In this document: piece by piece, positions 27,173 through 37,227 of the stretch
How the letters are laid out: every line of letters starts with the position of its first letter
Numbering within the stretch: position 1 is the stretch's first letter
Assembly (NCBI GenBank): GCA_900766825.1
Contig: CAAFWU010000017.1
Location: 112 to 64,111 of the forward strand
Length of the DNA stretch: 64,000 nucleotides
Reading direction: 5' to 3'
Origin: Bacteroidales bacterium
GTDB taxonomy: Bacteria > Bacteroidota > Bacteroidia > Bacteroidales > Marinilabiliaceae
Notes under the pieces: model-generated
What the model was told of the DNA's origin: nothing
Database searches by the model: none
Seen by the model: only the letters and a program-made list of their open reading frames with translations
Translations under genes and position numbers: made by a program

Positions 27173-28327
27173 TTAAAGAACCTTCAAATAAAGGGCCTTG
27201 ATGTCGTCGAGGGTAACGTCTCTGGGGTTGCCTGGTGTGCAGACGTCGGCCAAAGCCTGATCGGCCAAAGCGTCGATGTCCGATGCCTTGATGCCGAGTT
27301 CGCTCATGTGCTGAGGTATGCCCACGCGGATAGAGAGTGCCTTAACGGCGTCCACAGCAGCCTGAGCTGCTTCGTCGTCGGTCATGCCCGTGGTGTCTAC
27401 ACCCATGGTCTGGGCAATGACGCCGAACTTCTTGATGCAGCATGGTTTGTTGAATTCCATGATGGTTGGGAGCAGCAAAGCGTTGGCCACGCCGTGGGGC
27501 ACATCGAAGAGCGAACCCATGGGGTGTGCCATGCCGTGCACAAGACCAAGACCTACGTTGCTAAATGCCTGAGCGGCAATATACTGGGCCAATGCCATGC
27601 CTTCGCGTCCTACGGGGTTGCGGGGTTCCTCAACGGCCAAGGGCAGGTTCTCGGCAATCATCTTGATGGCCTGGAGCTCGTACATGTCGCTCATTACCCA
27701 TGCGCCCTTGGTTATGTAGCCCTCGATGGCGTGGGTCAGGGCGTCCATGCCAGTGGCGGCGGTGAGGCCCTTGGGGAGAGAGTACATGAGCTCGGGGTCC
27801 ACAATGGCAACAGCGGGGATGTCGTTGGGGTCTACGCAGACCATTTTTTTCTGCTTGGCCTCGTCGATGATGACGTAGTTGATGGTGACCTCGGCACCTG
27901 TGCCTGCTGTGGTGGGCAGGGCAATGATGGGCACGGTCTTATTTTTTGTGGGGGCGCAGCCTTCGAGAGACACAACGTCGGCAAACTCGGGGTTGTTAAC
28001 CACAATGCCAATGGCCTTGGCTGTGTCCATTGACGAACCGCCACCAATGGCCACCAAACAGTCGGCTCCGCTGGCTTTGAATGCCTCGACGCCCTGCTTT
28101 ACGTTGGTCACTGTGGGGTTGGGCTTAATCTCGCTGTAGATTTCGAAGGGGATGCCAGCCTCGGTGAGAACGTCGGTCACCATGGCGGTGGTGCCAACCT
28201 TTATGAGGCCTTTGTCGGAACATACAAGGGCTTTTTTGAGGCCCAAACGCTGCATGGCTGCGGGTAACTCTTTGCGACAGCCTGCGCCAAAGTACGATAC
28301 TTCGTTGAGGATGAATCTTTGTGACAT
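27173..28327 (-). CDS. fucO: Iron-containing alcohol dehydrogenase, lactaldehyde reductase (FucO-like)
   Basis: 384 aa, collinear with E. coli FucO as I recall it (ILNE..YFG, NPT, GGGS..D.AKAIG, NPEFADV.SLEG, PTTAGT.AEVT, DALTHAIEGYIT.GAW). Confidence 0.85.
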   Translation of the reverse strand: MSQRFILNEVSYFGAGCRKELPAAMQRLGLKKALVCSDKGLIKVGTTAMVTDVLTEAGIPFEIYSEIKPNPTVTNVKQGVEAFKASGADCLVAIGGGSSMDTAKAIGIVVNNPEFADVVSLEGCAPTKNKTVPIIALPTTAGTGAEVTINYVIIDEAKQKKMVCVDPNDIPAVAIVDPELMYSLPKGLTAATGMDALTHAIEGYITKGAWVMSDMYELQAIKMIAENLPLAVEEPRNPVGREGMALAQYIAAQAFSNVGLGLVHGMAHPMGSLFDVPHGVANALLLPTIMEFNKPCCIKKFGVIAQTMGVDTTGMTDDEAAQAAVDAVKALSIRVGIPQHMSELGIKASDIDALADQALADVCTPGNPRDVTLDDIKALYLKVL

Positions 28328-28682
28328 GTCTATTTTTGATGCTTAAAACTATTTAACAGTTCGTGCCCCTCTATTTTTATTAGGGCATAAGCCGTCCTTG
28401 GTCAATTTTTGTTCTACAAATTTTAAAAAAAAAATTGCACAGAGGCAACTTGTGCGAGGTTTATAACAGTGAAAATTATCAATAGAGGAGGCAAAGAACA
28501 CTTTTGTATACAAAATGAAGAAACATTTTGTTAACCGTCTTTGTCCACACCATTAGAATTTTGCATTAACATTAATTGCATTGAGTGGAGAAAAACATAA
28601 AATAGATTAAAACGTGAAAACTGATTTGAGTTTTTGAGTTTTCTAACCTACCTTAGCATAGTAATAAGCATAGGATAGTTCA

Positions 28683-29333
28683 ATGTTGCAAGAGAAAATT
28701 ATAGAGGCATCGGTGACACTTTTCTTCAAAAGTGGTATCAAAGCAGTGTCGATGGATGATGTGGCACGTCAGGTTGGCATAAGCAAACGCACACTCTATG
28801 AGTACTTTAGCAGCAAAGACGTTCTGTTGGTTGCCTGCATCGATGAGCTCAACAACCGCCGCGTGGCTCGCATGGAAGAGTACATTAGCAAGCAATCGAC
28901 CTTTTTCGACTTCATGATTGCCAGCACCATGGATTCGCTGGAGTTCTTCCAGACGGTGAGCCCCGACTTCTTAAACGACCTCAAGAGGTTAAAGTACGAT
29001 GGCACTCGCGAGAAATTCTCGAAGCAGTTGGAAGAGAGCCGCAAGAATTTGCACGACCTCATAGAGGACGGTAAGCGCAACGGCTACATTGAGCAGGAGG
29101 TCGACTCCGATTTCATATCCACCGTAATGCTGAGCAGCGGCAGTGCCAACAGTCAACTCTACGAGTACATTATGAGTGGCAAGAGCACTCTCCGTCACGT
29201 CATATTGCAGATTGTTAGCATATTCATGCGAGGCATGGCAACGCCCAAAGGTCTATCGCTCATTAACCAGAAACTCAATGAGATAACGGCCAACGAAAAT
29301 GCAGGGCAGAAACTTGTAGACGATGCTGTGTGA
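28683..29333 (+). CDS. TetR/AcrR-family transcriptional regulator
   Basis: 216 aa with an N-terminal TetR HTH (FFKSGIKAVSMDDVARQVGISKRTLYEYF). It is encoded immediately upstream of the efflux operon on the same strand, and divergently from fucO. Confidence 0.85.
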   Translation: MLQEKIIEASVTLFFKSGIKAVSMDDVARQVGISKRTLYEYFSSKDVLLVACIDELNNRRVARMEEYISKQSTFFDFMIASTMDSLEFFQTVSPDFLNDLKRLKYDGTREKFSKQLEESRKNLHDLIEDGKRNGYIEQEVDSDFISTVMLSSGSANSQLYEYIMSGKSTLRHVILQIVSIFMRGMATPKGLSLINQKLNEITANENAGQKLVDDAV

Positions 29334-29450
29334 CAAAGTCACATGCATATATAATAAGGAGTGGAAGCAGAGAACATAACATATCTTTATATCTCCCCTC
29401 CGCCCCTTCCCACAGTTCACCGAGAAAAACAAGATAGAAATATAAACACA

Positions 29451-30725
29451 ATGAAAACAAAGATCGCGCTACTGGCAGCGGCACTCACCGCAGCCGCGTC
29501 AGGATGGGCACAAGAGGACACGACCACTATGACGGTCAACCTCTCGGGAGTCGTGAGCAGCGCACTGCAATACAACAAACAGTTGCAGACCAGTGCTATG
29601 GATCGCGAACTCTATCACCAGAAACGCCGTGAAGCCATGTCCAGTGGTCTGCCTCAGGTGAGCGCAGAATTCACCGGAACCACTTATTTCAACAAAGCCC
29701 TCGATTTTGGCGGCATGGAGATGTCCATGCCCAACTCCCTAACCTTTGCAGCCACCGCCAGCTGGACCTTTGCCATGCAGCAGATTGCAGGTGTAAAGTT
29801 GGCCAAGGTTGCCCAGAGGATGGCCGAACAGACCATAGCTCAGAGCGAATTGGACGTCAAGGCCAACATCACCGACACCTACTACGCCGTCCTTATATAC
29901 GAGCGCAATCTCGACATCCTCAACGACAATATGGCGGATATGAAGGAGATTGCCAAACATACCGCACATAGCTACGAGGTCGGTGTGGCCGAACGTACCG
30001 ATGTTGACCAGATAAACATCAACGTCATCACTCTCCAAAATGCTATAATATCACTCGAGCGCAATCTCGAGAGCACCAAGCGACTCCTTGTTCTGCAAAT
30101 GGGTGTGCCCATCAACACTCGCATCAAAACAGAGGAGACCCTCGAGCAAGTCCTCTTGGCTTCACCTCTGGAGATGGATACAACAAAGTTCGATATCAAC
30201 AACAACGTGCAGTACAAGCAGTTGCTCATCAACCGCGAGATTCAAGAGGGTACCGTAAAGGTTAAAAAATTCGCCTACATTCCTACCCTCACCGCTGCCT
30301 ATCAGTACTCCAATGCCATCAAGGGCGGCTTCATGAACTTCGACCATGTGGGCACCCTCAAGCTCAGCATCCCCATCTTCTCTGGTTTCAACCGTCATTC
30401 GCAATTGAAGCAAGCACAGATTGAGGTGCAGCGCAACGAGAAAAATATTGAGCTCATGGAGGATAACTTGGCTCAAAACGCCGAGCAATATGCCTATGAA
30501 TTTCAGACAGCTGTGGATGCCTACAATCTCCAGAAGGAGAACCTCGAAGTGGCCAAGCGCGTGCTCCAAAACTATCGCAACAAGTACGATCAGGGCGTCC
30601 TCTCCAGCCTCGACCTCACTCAGGCCAACACAAACTATCTGCAGGCCGAGACATCTTATGCCAGTGCTTGCATGGACGTGCTCACCGCTCAGACTAAACT
30701 GCTCAAGCTCTACAACCTGCTGTAG
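29451..30725 (+). CDS. TolC-like outer-membrane efflux protein
   Basis: The start is set at MKTKIALLAAALTAAASGWAQ. It has two OEP-type repeats and the typical C-terminus ending LLKLYNLL. Confidence 0.8.
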   Translation: MKTKIALLAAALTAAASGWAQEDTTTMTVNLSGVVSSALQYNKQLQTSAMDRELYHQKRREAMSSGLPQVSAEFTGTTYFNKALDFGGMEMSMPNSLTFAATASWTFAMQQIAGVKLAKVAQRMAEQTIAQSELDVKANITDTYYAVLIYERNLDILNDNMADMKEIAKHTAHSYEVGVAERTDVDQININVITLQNAIISLERNLESTKRLLVLQMGVPINTRIKTEETLEQVLLASPLEMDTTKFDINNNVQYKQLLINREIQEGTVKVKKFAYIPTLTAAYQYSNAIKGGFMNFDHVGTLKLSIPIFSGFNRHSQLKQAQIEVQRNEKNIELMEDNLAQNAEQYAYEFQTAVDAYNLQKENLEVAKRVLQNYRNKYDQGVLSSLDLTQANTNYLQAETSYASACMDVLTAQTKLLKLYNLL

Positions 30726-30827
30726 GTCGTAGCTCCATAACGGAACAGATGAGCGGACTCCTATATATATAATAGGACAGCGAAAACAAATCTCCCCAAT
30801 TAGAAACAAAAAACTCAAGATAGAAAA

Positions 30828-31886
30828 ATGAAAAAGAGATTGACCCTTTGCGCCCTCGGTTTGGCTACAGTATCTGTTGCCACGCTGACCTCGTGCGGCA
30901 GCGAAGAGAAGTCCAACGCCGCGACCGACGAGATCGTGGCACTGGTGCGTGTAGACACCATCCGCACCACCACAGTGGACCGCAAAATCGAGTACACCGC
31001 CAACTTGGAAGCCAACGAGCAAGTATTCTTCGCTCCTACGTTGGCTGGCACACGTATCAAAAAAATCAATGTTGAGGTAGGTGACCGCATCCGCAAGGGC
31101 GACGTCCTCGTGGAGATGGACAACAATACCCTCATTCAGCAGGACCTCCAGCTCAAGAACCTTGAGGTTGAGTACAACCGTGCCGTCAAACTCAAGGAGA
31201 CTGGCTCCATTTCCGACCAAAACTACGACCAAATCGTGACCCAATACGAGGTTGCCAAAAAGGCCGTGGCCAACCTCAAGGAGAACACCCGCCTCGTGGC
31301 CCCCTTCAATGGCGTGGTCACTGGTAAATACATGGAGGAGGGCGAGCTCTACTCTGGCGGTGCCTTTGGTGGCGCCTCTAAGCCCTCCATCATCTCCATT
31401 GAGCAAATCAACCCCGTCAAGGCCATTGTGAACATTGCCGAGGGCTATTACCGCGAGGTCAAGAAGGGTATGAAAGTGACCCTCAAGTGCGAAATCTACC
31501 CCGAGCAGGAGTTCGAGGGCCACATCAGCATCATCTACCCCAGCATCGACCCCAAGACCCGCACATTCAGTGTCGAACTTGTCTTCGAGAACTCCAAGGA
31601 GTTGCTCCGCCCTGGCATGTATGGCACTGTCTATTTCTCCACAGGCAAGGCTCAGACTCAGCTCGTTCAGTCGCTTGCCGTGCTCAAAATGCAAGGCTCC
31701 AACGACCGCTACCTCTTCTTGGCCAAGGACGGTGTGGCTAAGCGCGTGAGCGTTAAGATCATCAACCGCTACGATGACAAAGTAGAGATTGTGCCCCTCG
31801 ACGCCGAAATTAACGAGGGCGACCTCATTGTGACCACAGGTCAGGCTAAACTCATCGACGGTCGCAAGCTCAACATTGCACAGTAA
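30828..31886 (+). CDS. Efflux RND periplasmic adaptor (MFP/HlyD family) lipoprotein
   Basis: 352 aa with lipobox LTS-C-GSEE. It shows the biotinyl-lipoyl-like and beta-barrel pattern (V.APF.G.V). Confidence 0.85.
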   Translation: MKKRLTLCALGLATVSVATLTSCGSEEKSNAATDEIVALVRVDTIRTTTVDRKIEYTANLEANEQVFFAPTLAGTRIKKINVEVGDRIRKGDVLVEMDNNTLIQQDLQLKNLEVEYNRAVKLKETGSISDQNYDQIVTQYEVAKKAVANLKENTRLVAPFNGVVTGKYMEEGELYSGGAFGGASKPSIISIEQINPVKAIVNIAEGYYREVKKGMKVTLKCEIYPEQEFEGHISIIYPSIDPKTRTFSVELVFENSKELLRPGMYGTVYFSTGKAQTQLVQSLAVLKMQGSNDRYLFLAKDGVAKRVSVKIINRYDDKVEIVPLDAEINEGDLIVTTGQAKLIDGRKLNIAQ

Positions 31887-31908
31887 CACACACTAACCGG
31901 ACTAAGAA

Positions 31909-34900
31909 ATGAGCATTTTTAGCACTGCGGTAGAAAAACCGATTTCGACCCTGATGGTCTTCATTGGCATCTTGGTCATCGGTGTTTTCTGCTACATCCA
32001 GCTCCCTATCGACCAATACCCGAAGATGGACCCCCCATACATCACGGTCATGGCCACTTACCCTGGAGCTAACGCAACAGATATTGAACAAAACGTCACA
32101 AAACCCCTCGAGGATAGGCTCAACTCGGTCGACGACCTCAAAGAAATGTCCTCTGTCTCCTACGACAACTTGGGTGCTGTGACTCTGGAATTTGAATGGG
32201 GTACCAACTTGGATAACGCCGCCAACGACGTGCGCGATGCCGTGGAGACCGCCATGAACTACCTCCCCGACGACATCGACCGACCAACCATCATGCGTAT
32301 GTCCACATCCATGATGCCTACGCTGGTCTACGCCGTAACGGCCGAGCAGTCCTATTCGGGTCTCTATAAAATCTTGGACGACAAGGTGGTTATGCGTCTC
32401 AACCGTGTGGACGGTGTGGCTTCGGCCTACGCTTCTGGTATTGCCGAACGCGTGGTATATGTCGACCTCGACCCCAATAAGTTGGATGCCTACAACCTCA
32501 CCCTCTCTCAGATTGGCAACACCATCTTGGCCGAGAACAAAGACGTGTCGGGTGGTAACATCAAGGTCGGCATCGAGGACTACTCACTCCGTGTAGAGGG
32601 CGAGTTTGAGGAGAGCGATGAAATCAAGAACATCAGTTTGGCCGTGGGCGGTCGCACCATCAAACTCAGCGACGTGGCCACCGTGCGCGATACCCTTCAG
32701 GATATCACCATGGAGACTCAGGTGAACCGCAAGAACGGCTGTATCCTTTTGGTTACCAAGCAGTCCGATGCCAACGCTGTGGCTGTGGCCGAGGAGGCTA
32801 AAGCCGAACTTGAGTTGGCTAAGAAGGAGCTCCCTGCCGATATTCAGTTCAACCTCGTGTCTGATGGTTCGGACTTCATCATCAAGGCTATCAATAACCT
32901 TAAGGAGACTTTGGGCTACGCACTGCTCTTTGTCGTAGTTGTGGTCTTCTTCTTCTTGGGTCGTTGGCGTTCCACATTTGTTGTGGCTCTCACCATCCCT
33001 ATCTCTCTTATCGTGGCCTTCATCTATTTGGCCGTTTCGGATGGTTCGCTCAACACCATCACCCTCATGTCGCTCTCCATTGCCATCGGTATGGTGGTGG
33101 ACGATGCCATTGTGGTGCTCGAGAACGTCACCAAGCACGTAGACCGCGGTTCCCGACCCAAAGAGGCTGCCAAGTACGGTACCAACGAGGTGTGGACTTC
33201 GGTTATTGTGACCACACTGGTTACCATTGCCGTGTTCTTCCCCCTCACCATGATTCCTGGCATCATGGGTATCTTCTTTAAACCTCTGGGCTGGATTATT
33301 TGTATTTGCGTCTCCACTTCGACCCTCACCGCTATTTCTCTTACTCCTATGCTCTGCTCGCAGTTCCTCAAACTGCGCGACAAAGAGGAGGATGCTAACT
33401 ACAAGGGCTTCAGTTTCTATAAGATGAGCCAACGCTGGTTGGATAAACTGGATCGTGGCTACGAGAGGCTCATCCGTTGGGTGCTCAATCACAAGACTGT
33501 TACCATCTGCTCTATGATGGGTCTCTTCTTCCTCTCTCTTCTTCTTACTCCTTATCTCCACACCGAGTTCTTCCCTCAGAACGACCAGAGCAACTTCTCT
33601 GTCTACGCCAAGATGCAGGAGGGACAGCGTGTTGAGGTTACTCGTGAGATTGGTATGAAGGTGGACTCAGTGATGCGTGCTCGCATTCCCGAAATCACCA
33701 TCATCACAAACTCCTACGGTTCCGAGGAGGAGGCTTCCTTCGCCTCCATGATGAACACCACGGGCAACAATATCTTCAATATGCGTGTGCGCGTGTGCGA
33801 CCTCAAGGATCGTGACCGTTCTGTTTTTGCCATGGGCGATGACGTGCGTAGGATTCTTAACGAGTTCCCTGAGATTATTGACTATGAGGTTTCGTTCGGT
33901 ATGTCAGGTGCAACTGGCAACACCGTGGATGTCGAGGTCTTCGGTCACGACTTCCAAGGCACCAGCCGCTTCGCTGCCGAACTCCGCGATGTGCTCAAAA
34001 CAATCCCTGGTGCCGAGGATATTCTCATTAGCCGTGGCGACGACAAGACTGAGCTTCAGCTCAAACTCGACCGCGAGAAGTTGGCACGCCATGGTCTCAC
34101 CACCTCTGGTGTTGGTGCTCTGGTACGTAGCTACGTCTACGGTAACCGTAACGCCAAATTTAAAGAGGAGGGCGATGAGTACGACATCATCGTGCGCCTC
34201 GAGGAGAAATATCGTTCGCACATCACCGACGTGCAGAATATGCTCATCACCGATGGCTACGGTCAGAAAGTTCGTCTCTGCGAGCTCGGCACTTTGGTCG
34301 AGGGCTACAACCCACCATCCATCGAGCGTAAGAGCAAACAGCGTATGCTCAAGGTTAGTGTAACCCCTGCCGACGGCTACGCAATGGGTGATATAGCCGC
34401 TGCCATTCAGGCCAAGATTGACCAGATGGATGTGCCTTCCGAGTTCTCTATTTACATCGGCGGTACCTACGAAGATCAGCAGGAATCATTCGGCGGCTTG
34501 TTCCTCCTTGTCATCCTCTCGCTCCTCTTGGTTTATTTGGTTATGGCTGCCGAGTTCGAGAGTTTCGTATCTCCTGGCATCATCATGTTGGCCATCCCAT
34601 TCGCCTTTACTGGTGTGCTCTTGGCCCTCATCATCTGCCAAGTCAACCTCTCTATTGTGGCCGCTCTGGGTGCCATGATGCTTATTGGTATCGTAACCAA
34701 GAACGGTATCGTGCTCATCGACTACATCAACCTGATGCGCGAACGTGGCTATAAGCTCAACGAGGCCATTGCACTCTCTTGCCGCAGCCGTCTGCGCCCT
34801 GTGCTTATGACTTCCTTCACAACCATGCTGGGTATGTTGCCAATGGCTCTCTCCACCAGCGAGGGTTCCGAAACATGGCAGCCTATGGGTGTCTCCGTTA

Positions 34901-35076
34901 TCGGTGGCATGATTTTCTCCACCTTGATCACCATGCTCATTGTGCCCGCTGTATATGCTGCAGTAAATAAGAGCGGCAATCGTGACAAGAAGAAGTTGGA
35001 ACAGAAACAGTATCATTTCATGGCCGACTTCGATCCCGAGCGCGACTTGCCAGCTTGCAAAAAGCAGCAGAACTAA
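31909..35076 (+). CDS. RND efflux permease (AcrB/HAE1 family)
   Basis: 1055 aa with 12-TM, two-lobe AcrB organisation (N-terminus FSTAVEKPISTLMVFIGILVIG; the VDDAIVVLEN motif). Confidence 0.92.
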   Translation: MSIFSTAVEKPISTLMVFIGILVIGVFCYIQLPIDQYPKMDPPYITVMATYPGANATDIEQNVTKPLEDRLNSVDDLKEMSSVSYDNLGAVTLEFEWGTNLDNAANDVRDAVETAMNYLPDDIDRPTIMRMSTSMMPTLVYAVTAEQSYSGLYKILDDKVVMRLNRVDGVASAYASGIAERVVYVDLDPNKLDAYNLTLSQIGNTILAENKDVSGGNIKVGIEDYSLRVEGEFEESDEIKNISLAVGGRTIKLSDVATVRDTLQDITMETQVNRKNGCILLVTKQSDANAVAVAEEAKAELELAKKELPADIQFNLVSDGSDFIIKAINNLKETLGYALLFVVVVVFFFLGRWRSTFVVALTIPISLIVAFIYLAVSDGSLNTITLMSLSIAIGMVVDDAIVVLENVTKHVDRGSRPKEAAKYGTNEVWTSVIVTTLVTIAVFFPLTMIPGIMGIFFKPLGWIICICVSTSTLTAISLTPMLCSQFLKLRDKEEDANYKGFSFYKMSQRWLDKLDRGYERLIRWVLNHKTVTICSMMGLFFLSLLLTPYLHTEFFPQNDQSNFSVYAKMQEGQRVEVTREIGMKVDSVMRARIPEITIITNSYGSEEEASFASMMNTTGNNIFNMRVRVCDLKDRDRSVFAMGDDVRRILNEFPEIIDYEVSFGMSGATGNTVDVEVFGHDFQGTSRFAAELRDVLKTIPGAEDILISRGDDKTELQLKLDREKLARHGLTTSGVGALVRSYVYGNRNAKFKEEGDEYDIIVRLEEKYRSHITDVQNMLITDGYGQKVRLCELGTLVEGYNPPSIERKSKQRMLKVSVTPADGYAMGDIAAAIQAKIDQMDVPSEFSIYIGGTYEDQQESFGGLFLLVILSLLLVYLVMAAEFESFVSPGIIMLAIPFAFTGVLLALIICQVNLSIVAALGAMMLIGIVTKNGIVLIDYINLMRERGYKLNEAIALSCRSRLRPVLMTSFTTMLGMLPMALSTSEGSETWQPMGVSVIGGMIFSTLITMLIVPAVYAAVNKSGNRDKKKLEQKQYHFMADFDPERDLPACKKQQN

Positions 35077-35197
35077 AATTCTCTTTTATGATGCGAGGTC
35101 TCTTTTGGGGACTCACTCTTGAACCTCGATAGCGAAAGTTATGGTGTTCCCTGCGGAAACCTCGCATCATTTTGGTTAATAATAAAATAACGGTGCC

Positions 35198-35491
35198 ATG
35201 AAGGCAGTATTCATATCATACAACCAAGCCCTGACCGAGCGCGTCGAGTACATTTTCGAGCAGCTCCGAATCACGGGCTACACCAAGTTCCCCCTCACCT
35301 ATGGTTCTGGCTCCAACGGCGGCGAACCTCGTTTGGGCAGCCACGCTTGGCCAGAGATGAACAGCTCTGTCCTCACCATTGTAGAGGAGGAAATGGTGCC
35401 CCTCATCCTTAAGTACGTCAAGAACCTCGACGAGGTGAACAAAGAAAACGGCATCCGCGCCTTCGTTTGGAACGTTGAGCAGATGTACTAA
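35198..35491 (+). CDS. Small conserved protein following the RND pump (P-II-like; I recall 'PG0541-family transporter-associated protein', unverified)
   Basis: 97 aa with core-like codon usage. It lies downstream of the pump and is followed by a strong terminator. Confidence 0.55.
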   Translation: MKAVFISYNQALTERVEYIFEQLRITGYTKFPLTYGSGSNGGEPRLGSHAWPEMNSSVLTIVEEEMVPLILKYVKNLDEVNKENGIRAFVWNVEQMY

Positions 35492-35515
35492 CGTCTTCAT
35501 AATAGACAACTGTGA

Positions 35516-35571
35516 GCAACCGCCCTCTCATCTGGGACCAACTGTCCTTGATGAGGGGCGGTTGGTTTTTT
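35516..35571 (+). terminator. Rho-independent terminator of the efflux operon
   Basis: A stem of about 15 bp, CAACCGCCC(T)CTCATC / GATGAGGGGCGGTTG, followed by T7. Confidence 0.8.
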
Positions 35572-35719
35572 TATCTCCACTGTCAAAAAAATATTACATT
35601 TGCGTTAGGGTTCGTCAGTTTCTTTAACCCATATTGAGTTTATCTTGCCTCAATATTTTAGGTCACATCTGATACCCTTTTTTCTCCTTCAACACCAAAT
35701 ATTATTCTCGAGAGCCATT

Positions 35720-36643
35720 ATGTTCAAAGACACTTATTTGCTGCTTGCCAACGAAAACAAAGGATGCCGTTTCACCCCATCTAATTTGTCTCGTCTCTAC
35801 AAGCGTATTGCTAAAACAAGCAGTCGAGGCATAGAAATTTTCAAGGGAGTGGAGCTTGGCGAGAACGACAATATAGATGACGAAGCAACAATTTTTGTCA
35901 TAACACAAGGCCGCGATGGACAAAGCGGCGTAACCATGGTGGCCTCGACCAACGGCCCCACTTACGAAAAGAATGGGCAGAAACTTATCGACCTCAACGT
36001 CCACCTTTGCTCCACAGTAAACTCTGTTCCTCTCTTGACCCTCGCTCAGATTGAGCGCATCATGAGTCGTGTGCAATGGAAAGATGGGTGCCTTGCCGCA
36101 AAAGTGTCGGGTGTTGCTTGCCACCTGCTCCTCAAAATGTTCATCAACTTTTGGGTAGACAATTTCGAGTTTCTCCGCACACCTTTTATGTTGAGAACGC
36201 AAGCTCTGTTTGAAGAAACGGATGTCGCCGAAACAAAAGAAAAGGTTCAGGTGCCAACGCCCGAGTCTCCCCTCATCGAGTTTCTGACACCTCACCCCTT
36301 TACCAATGTGCTCAACATCTCGGCTAGCATCGACCAGTTCCTCAAAATGACAAATAGGCATGTCTGTGGTCTTTGCGGAGTCAACTACGACTTTATCTAC
36401 AAAGGTACCCGCCAGCCCCCCATGCTCTTCGTGGCCCATAAGGTTGTTTGTCAACCCACAAGTTTGGGTATTAAGGGTGCCGAGCGTCATAACGAAATTT
36501 TGGGCGTGTGCCAAAACTGCTCATCGCTCCTCTCCACAGGCACAATCGACGAACTCCGCAATAAAATCCGCATGGTGTCCAACACCACCAGCAATGCTGT
36601 TGAAGTTCGTATGCCACTCTTCGTAAACAAAATTCCATGCTAA
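35720..36643 (+). CDS. Hypothetical protein with two CxxC pairs
   Basis: The start is set at MFKDTY. I recognise no family. The C-terminal part has HVCGLCG and VCQNCSS. Composition is core-like. Confidence 0.5.
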   Translation: MFKDTYLLLANENKGCRFTPSNLSRLYKRIAKTSSRGIEIFKGVELGENDNIDDEATIFVITQGRDGQSGVTMVASTNGPTYEKNGQKLIDLNVHLCSTVNSVPLLTLAQIERIMSRVQWKDGCLAAKVSGVACHLLLKMFINFWVDNFEFLRTPFMLRTQALFEETDVAETKEKVQVPTPESPLIEFLTPHPFTNVLNISASIDQFLKMTNRHVCGLCGVNYDFIYKGTRQPPMLFVAHKVVCQPTSLGIKGAERHNEILGVCQNCSSLLSTGTIDELRNKIRMVSNTTSNAVEVRMPLFVNKIPC

Positions 36644-36694
36644 TCCCATACCTTTTGGGATGCGCAACACCACATAGTAACTCACTAAAACACA

Positions 36695-37111
36695 ATGCAA
36701 CAGTTCATAGCTCACAATCTGGACGAGTTAGAGAGCATAGCCCCCAAAATACTTGCGGCCATTGGTCGAAGCCGCGTTGTTGCCATGGACGCCCCCATGG
36801 GTGCTGGCAAAACAACATTGGTCAAAGCACTCTGCAAAGCCTTGGGCTCAATCAGCGTGGTCAATAGCCCCACCTTTGCCATCATCAACGACTACGAACT
36901 TCCCACGGGAGCCTCTGTCTTCCATTTCGACCTCTATAGGCTCAAGAACATTGACGAGGCCTATAATATGGGCTTCGACGAATATTTCTACTCGGGCAAC
37001 TACTGTTTTGTAGAGTGGCCCGACATAGCTGCCGACCTCTTTCCCCCCGACACCCGCAAACTTACCATAAGTGTGGCCGACGATGGCAGTCGCACCATAA
37101 CCATCGAGTAG
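36695..37111 (+). CDS. tsaE: tRNA t6A37 biosynthesis ATPase TsaE (YjeE)
   Basis: 138 aa with a P-loop (MGAGKTTLVK), SPTFAIINDY and HFDLYRL. Confidence 0.9.
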   Translation: MQQFIAHNLDELESIAPKILAAIGRSRVVAMDAPMGAGKTTLVKALCKALGSISVVNSPTFAIINDYELPTGASVFHFDLYRLKNIDEAYNMGFDEYFYSGNYCFVEWPDIAADLFPPDTRKLTISVADDGSRTITIE

Positions 37112-37227
37112 GGTGGGGCGCCAGTTGGCTTAGCTCCCTAATGTCTCTTCGCATTCCACATTAGTGCCCTCCCCCAAAAAGATAAAGTCCTCCCTCCTCC
37201 CCATTATCGCCCCAAAACAAAATTGTT

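Noticed and set aside
28562-28580. The near-palindrome TGCATTAACATTAATTGCA in the fucO/TetR intergenic region as a TetR operator.
   Set aside because: The arms are offset by one base and the region is generally AT-rich. It is plausible but too weak to call.
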